Shown here piece by piece: positions 62,041 through 64,000 of a stretch of 64,000 nt of DNA; the first letter of the stretch is position 1, and every line of letters begins with the position of its first letter. Under the pieces are notes generated by a model. The model did not search any database. It was given only the letters and a program-made list of their open reading frames with translations, and was not told the DNA's origin. A program made the position numbers and the translations under genes. The stretch comes from Isurus oxyrinchus (taxonomy: Eukaryota). The DNA is taken from NCBI GenBank assembly GCA_026770705.1, contig JANJGN010000102.1, positions 310,001 through 374,000 on the forward strand, read 5' to 3'.

Positions 62041-63569
62041 TTCCCTGATAATGCAGACTTCGGTGGAGGGCTGGAACGGATTTGGGGGAGGGGGGTGTCA
62101 GGGGCGCTTGGTAGGTGCTGCGAAAAGATTCCGCATGAAACGCTGGTCAGAGTAGCTCATGGACAGCCCCCATGCGGCAACCAAAGGGGAGGCCATTCAG
62201 CCCCTCGAGGCTGTTCCAACATTCAATCAGATCATTGACCACATTCCAAATGACACTCCAACTCAACAAAACTCTATCGATCCAAGTCTTAACTATTTCA
62301 ATTGACCCGCCATCTAATTGGGAAACAGTGCCCACGTGTTCTGGATTCCTCTGCCAAGGGGAACAGTTCCTCTGCATCCACCCCCTCCCCAGCTGGTGTC
62401 GCCTTCCTTAAGGAGGTCTGTGGGTAACATCCCTGCCTCTGAGCCGGAAGCCACCGGTTCAAGTCCCACTCCAGGACCTGATGATTCGTAACGCAGTCAA
62501 ACAGGTTGAGTATCAACTTATAATTCCTTCCAACACACGCACCACTTAGAGTGGGAGAGATTCCTGGTCATTCATGTGGAGGAAGGAAATTAGCGCCTCT
62601 GACTGCCACTATCCATACCTCTGCACTACAACATGCAGGTAACCCAGCCCTTCAGAGGGCTGGACTGCTGCTCTGGATCTGACTGGTGCAAACAGCACAG
62701 TGCCAGATCCCTGTCCTGGCTGGGGTGGATTTGTGAGCTGTCCCTATCCACAATGGAGATCAGGGCACAGTGGGTCAGACAGCAAACTAGAGAAGGTAGC
62801 CTTCATGAGGGTGCAGTGCCCCAAGCTGAGCAGTTACTTCAATTGGGAAGTCTGAGCAAGGCCCTTATTGGCCTGAACTACCACATCTTCCCCTTTATAA
62901 CTTAGCACCCCTGCGATAAAGACTTTCTTTCAGCTTTGCCTGCTGCTTTCTGTACACGTTCACAGCTTGTAATCTTCTGCTTCACTTGAGTCCTCATGGT
63001 CATTCCCAAGCGAAGGCACTGAGAGGCCATTACAGGGGTGGTAGGGGTGGGAGACAGACTCTCCTCTCCTTTAATAACTGGCAAATTGCGGACGACATAC
63101 CATGCACTCACCTTATACCGTGTCCTTTGTCAAGCCATCTCCTGGAAGACAGAACAAAACTAAAGTCAGCGTGTGGACCGGGGTTTTGAGCTGGTACATT
63201 CTCAAACTGCTTACACCTCTACAGCGAGATCTCTGCTAACCAGTGTAATAGGGCTTGGCTAATGTTGGGCAAGCTGCTGGGCACTGGTCCTGCCCCGTAC
63301 TGTGTGGGCAATCCACTCACAGTGCAATTGTGACAAGTACAGAGGCTGAATCTGAATGTTCACGGACTGCAAGAGATGGGTGTCACTGCAGTCCTACAAG
63401 GAGAAGATGCCTTGACTAAGCTCAGCTGTTCTGCAAAACTGCCAATGTTTCAATTGACAGCAAGTATAGAGTACTTGAGAGATTCCACGGAGGCCTGGGG
63501 TGGATTAATCCAAAAGCTCTTTCTCACTCCTTCAATCGCAAACCCTTAACTTTCTGACCCAGAAGAGGC

Positions 63570-64000
63570 AACATTTACTGCCCATCCCTAGTTGCCCCTT
63601 GAGAAGATGGTGGTGAGCCACCTTCTTGAACCTCAGCAGTCTGTACGGTGTAGGTACACCGATGGTGCTGTTCGGGAGGGAGTTCCTGGATTTTGACCAA
63701 GTGACAGTGAAGAAATGGCTGATGTATTTCCAAGACAGGATGGTGAGTGACTTAGAGGGGAGATTCCAGGTGCTGGCGTTCCCATGTGTCTGCTGCCCTT
63801 GTCCTTCTAGATGGTAGCAGTTGTGGGTTTTGAATGTGCTGTCGAAGGAGCCTTGGCGAGTTCCTGCAGTGCATCTTAGAGATGGTACACGCTGCTGCTA
63901 CTGTGCGTCGGTGGTGGAGGGAGTGAATGTTTATGGATGTGGTGCCAATCAAGTGGGGCTGCTTTGTCCTGGATGGTTTCGAGCTTCTTGAGTGTTGTGG
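63570..64000 (-). mobile_element. HER1/CR1-type LINE 3' fragment
   Basis: NIHSLHHRRTVAAACTISKMHC motif shared with 7070-7510 and 30700-31150. Confidence 0.8.

Overview
Repeat-rich vertebrate genomic DNA, most likely from a shark or other elasmobranch (inferred from the CR1/HER1-type LINEs, HE1-type SINEs, Penelope-like elements and the 69-bp dispersed satellite). Most ORFs in the track are repeat-derived. Hand-splicing of the unique sequence shows a degraded immune locus, all on the + strand. (1) An MHC alpha-chain pseudogene (exons 7795-8042, 11640-11919, 20422-20542) with a beta-2-microglobulin-like Ig domain and a class II alpha-type TM, i.e. the W-category WA signature. (2) An MHC beta-chain pseudogene (exons 51107-51364, 54604-54683, 55923-56024, plus three cytoplasmic exons to 58585) with a class I alpha2-like first domain and a class II beta-type TM, i.e. 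WB. (3) Between them, a small TM protein gene with a TRAT1/SIT1-like TM and an ITIM, and an unidentified three-exon gene remnant. The most unusual structure is a 3.1-kb inverted copy of neighbouring genomic DNA (source 21488-24826). It sits between two inverted Penelope tails with hammerhead-like motifs and is flanked by a 13-bp TSD. All translations and alignments were done by eye; no database search was run.
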